Shown: one piece after another, positions 63,601 through 64,000 of the stretch | Layout: every line of letters begins with the position of its first letter | Position numbering within the stretch: the first letter of the stretch is position 1 | Assembly: GCA_036172245.1 (NCBI GenBank) | Contig: JAYWIR010000003.1 | Coordinates: 806,001 to 870,000, forward strand | Source of the DNA: Raillietiella orientalis | Lineage: Eukaryota | Direction of reading: 5' to 3' | Length of the DNA stretch: 64,000 nucleotides | Notes under the pieces: generated by a model | The model's input: the letters and a program-made list of their open reading frames with translations, nothing else | Told to the model about the DNA's origin: nothing | Database searches by the model: none | Made by a program: the position numbers and the translations under genes

Positions 63601-63902
63601 AGTCCGTCACCTCCTCCGTGAGATTCTTCTTCCTCTTGCGCTCCCTCTGGGGTAGAAGGGGAGGAGGTAAAGAGAAAGACTGCCTCTCTCCTATTTCCCA
63701 CAGTCCGCCGCCGGCCTCCCTAGAGCGGGAGGCCGCGTCGTCGTCTCTCCAAGGAGGTGCCTCCAAGGAGACGAGTTTCCCCTCGGCGGCAACCGCCCTC
63801 CCGCATTCATCTCGCTCCCTCTGCCCCGCTCACCTTGAGGGCCTGCAAGTCGCCGGCCAGCAGGAGCAACGCCAGGCACAGTCCCAGGCACGCCGTGGTC
63901 AT
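60693..63902 (-). CDS. SPARC: SPARC / osteonectin / BM-40, 7 coding exons, 280 aa
   Basis: Exons (plus coordinates) 63834-63902, 63529-63646, 63356-63471, 61737-61883, 61483-61685, 60795-60942, 60693-60734 total 843 nt. Signal peptide MTTACLGLCLALLLLAGDLQA, follistatin domain NPCQELRCPAGKEC..VCSNLNDTWDSDC, EC domain DFPFRMREWL..VIWKWCDLD..VSRHELFPIRAPL..MEHCMAPFLDHCDTDGDHFITLEEW. Confidence 0.97.
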
Positions 63903-64000
63903 CGCCGGAGGATTCGACCGCAGTCTGCGAGAAGACGAGTCAGGGAGAGAAGGTGGGGAGCGACCGTCCCGGGAACTCCCGCGTCCGGAAACCCTCCGGC

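Noticed and set aside
1..64000. CRISPR array, prokaryotic operon or defence system, tRNA or rRNA genes
   Set aside because: No regularly spaced repeat-spacer array, cloverleaf or rRNA-like sequence seen; the genes are spliceosomal-intron metazoan genes.

Overview
Eukaryotic (metazoan) genomic DNA with many short introns; the SPARC and FSTL proteins look arthropod-like, but the taxon is an inference. Four spliced genes can be reconstructed by hand: a securin/PTTG-like candidate (1088-1827 +), follistatin-like 4/5 (44174-50806 +, 5' exon not found, one GC-AG intron), G3BP/Rasputin (54247-56146 +) and SPARC (63902-60693 -). The only enlarged G3BP intron holds a compact box C/D snoRNA with the SNORD16/snR87-type 18S rRNA guide. 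The human counterparts of these genes lie together on 5q31-33 (SPARC and G3BP1 are near neighbours), suggesting a very old linkage block. Much of the rest is GC-rich debris of L1/Tx1-type non-LTR retrotransposons in both orientations, plus an internally inverted mariner relic and a near-identical ~330 bp inverted duplication. Most GC-rich ORFs in the supplied track are spurious. No CRISPR, rRNA or tRNA was seen. All protein assignments rest on remembered family motifs, not database searches.
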